Below are positions 46,335 to 47,699 of a DNA stretch of 47,699 bases, in pieces; position 1 is the first letter of the stretch; every line of letters begins with the position of its first letter. Where the stretch lies: the IMG/VR virus record IMGVR_UViG_3300005512_000060, positions 1 to 47,699 of that record; one strand, written 5' to 3'. The notes under the pieces are model-generated. The model did no database searches, was not told where the DNA came from, and saw only the letters and a list, made by a program, of their open reading frames with translations. A program made the translations under genes and the position numbers. The DNA comes from a virus (taxonomy: Duplodnaviria > Caudoviricetes).

Positions 46335-47699
46335 GGCGGCGATACGCGAGCAGCGGTTAGACTCAATGAGAGAATCTAGTGGAACGCTACCGGCGACAGG
46401 TGTATTTGTTCCATTTGGTGATGTTGTAAAGCGATTTAGCTGGACGCCAGATGCTTCTATGGAAGCACGGCGCGGTATCGGCAGTGTAGATGCGTTAAGT
46501 CACGATACAGGACTAGAAACGCATTCGATTGAAGTTGGCTACCTGCTTGAGAATGCTATGGCAGTAGCGGCGACACTCGACACGGGATCGTCTGACGATG
46601 GCGACGTAATCAAATTCACGGCTGCAAAGGCCGGACACGATGGAAATGACATCACAGTAACGTTTGTTGCTGGAACAGCCGACGCAGGCGGGATCACGGT
46701 TGTCAATAAGGCTATTACGTGCGAAGTTGGGACGGCTGTAGCGGACGACCTATGCACGCTATTGAATGCCGACACAGACGTAGCAGCCTTGGTGTCTTGC
46801 GCAACGACGGCGGCCACGGACGCGTCTAGTGTTGTTCAAGCATACGCAGTTGGAACGCTGACGACAGGAGCATCAACTCCACTTTCCGAAGCATTCAGCC
46901 GGGACGATGACGGACAGCTTGAGTCTCGGACAATTGTATTGAGAGAGAAACACTATGAAGGCGGGGAATCTAGCAATGGGCTGAGGACGTATGTTGTGGC
47001 TGAGGGTTGTAAGCCTGCATCGGCTAGAATTCCTGGCGACCCAGGATCTCCCGGCCCGATTGAAGTTGGCATCACGTACACCGCCGAAAAGGTGCGGCAT
47101 TACGAGATTTCTCAACCATCTACGGCGTGCGTGCTGTACGTCTTGTCTTCTGAGGCAGCGGATTACGCGGCGACGATTACAGTTGAAGATGATGACGGCA
47201 ATCAGGAAGAGATTGTTGTAAGTGGAACGGGATCGACGGTATTCCCGAACATCGACGCGGTTGAACTAGCCTCTGAACTAACTGGAACATTGACGGTGCT
47301 TGAGGGTGGAACTGCTGGGGCAACGCTTGCGGTTGTCTATGGGTCGAACGACTACGCAAACGCTGAAGGCGATCTTGGCGTGCCTGTTATCCCATCGAGT
47401 GGATCACGCACAGCTACCTTGGGCGGGACGATGGAGAAGTTCTTGGGCGATACGATTACGCATGATGGCGGAACGCTTGCGTATGACATCAACTCGGTCG
47501 AGCTAACGGTTGACAACAACATTGAGACCCTGCCTCGCAACGACTCGCGCAAGCAGCGGGTCATTGAGGGCAATCGCGTATTGCAGTTGACGGCAACGGT
47601 GCTTGGGGAGCAAGAATACCAGCGCCAGATTACGCGACACCTGCAAGTAGACGAATCTGACATTGTATGGACGCTGACGAATACCACTTTGACGCTTGA
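46324..47699 (+). CDS. major tail (tube-like) protein, truncated by the window end (not in ORF track)
   Basis: Open frame from ATG 46324 (MVLEAAIREQRLDSMRES...FSWTPDASMEARRGIG...YTAEKVRHYEISQPS...) runs to the end of the window; AGGTGA RBS. Confidence 0.7.
   Translation, partial: MVLEAAIREQRLDSMRESSGTLPATGVFVPFGDVVKRFSWTPDASMEARRGIGSVDALSHDTGLETHSIEVGYLLENAMAVAATLDTGSSDDGDVIKFTAAKAGHDGNDITVTFVAGTADAGGITVVNKAITCEVGTAVADDLCTLLNADTDVAALVSCATTAATDASSVVQAYAVGTLTTGASTPLSEAFSRDDDGQLESRTIVLREKHYEGGESSNGLRTYVVAEGCKPASARIPGDPGSPGPIEVGITYTAEKVRHYEISQPSTACVLYVLSSEAADYAATITVEDDDGNQEEIVVSGTGSTVFPNIDAVELASELTGTLTVLEGGTAGATLAVVYGSNDYANAEGDLGVPVIPSSGSRTATLGGTMEKFLGDTITHDGGTLAYDINSVELTVDNNIETLPRNDSRKQRVIEGNRVLQLTATVLGEQEYQRQITRHLQVDESDIVWTLTNTTLTL

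Noticed and set aside
306-47687. The many minus-strand ORFs in the track
   Set aside because: They overlap well-supported plus-strand genes and show no recognisable motifs.

Overview
Most of the genome of a tailed dsDNA phage, probably a siphovirus, with essentially all genes on the + strand and bacterial-type sigma70 promoters and Shine-Dalgarno sites. Gene order: tail fibres (1-7.3 kb); membrane/secreted proteins and holins (7.3-10.7 kb); early, recombination, replication and nucleotide genes (XRE HTH, Sak-like annealase, YqaJ exonuclease, replication initiator, ThyX-like, dCTP deaminase; 10.9-18.5 kb); accessory genes and two DNA methyltransferases (18.5-26.9 kb); terminase, portal, capsid and neck genes (26.9-38 kb) interleaved with a sugar-nucleotide/glycosyltransferase/methyltransferase cluster (36.7-46.1 kb); and a tail-tube-like gene cut off by the window end. 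No integrase, tape measure, endolysin, reverse transcriptase, tRNA or canonical CRISPR array was recognised. The standout feature is at 19.5-20.8 kb: a stand-alone RAMP/Cas7-like gene and a partner gene, flanked on both sides by non-coding arrays of perfectly phased GGY-NN pentamers with shared flanks. This is a candidate phage-encoded RNA-guided system (VIPR-like). Also notable are a cloverleaf leader RNA before the initiator, a pseudoknot at a lipoprotein RBS, an orphan tail-chaperone remnant, a transposase-derived gene fusion, and two exact tandem duplications that may be assembly artefacts. All family assignments come from motif recognition by eye, not from database searches.
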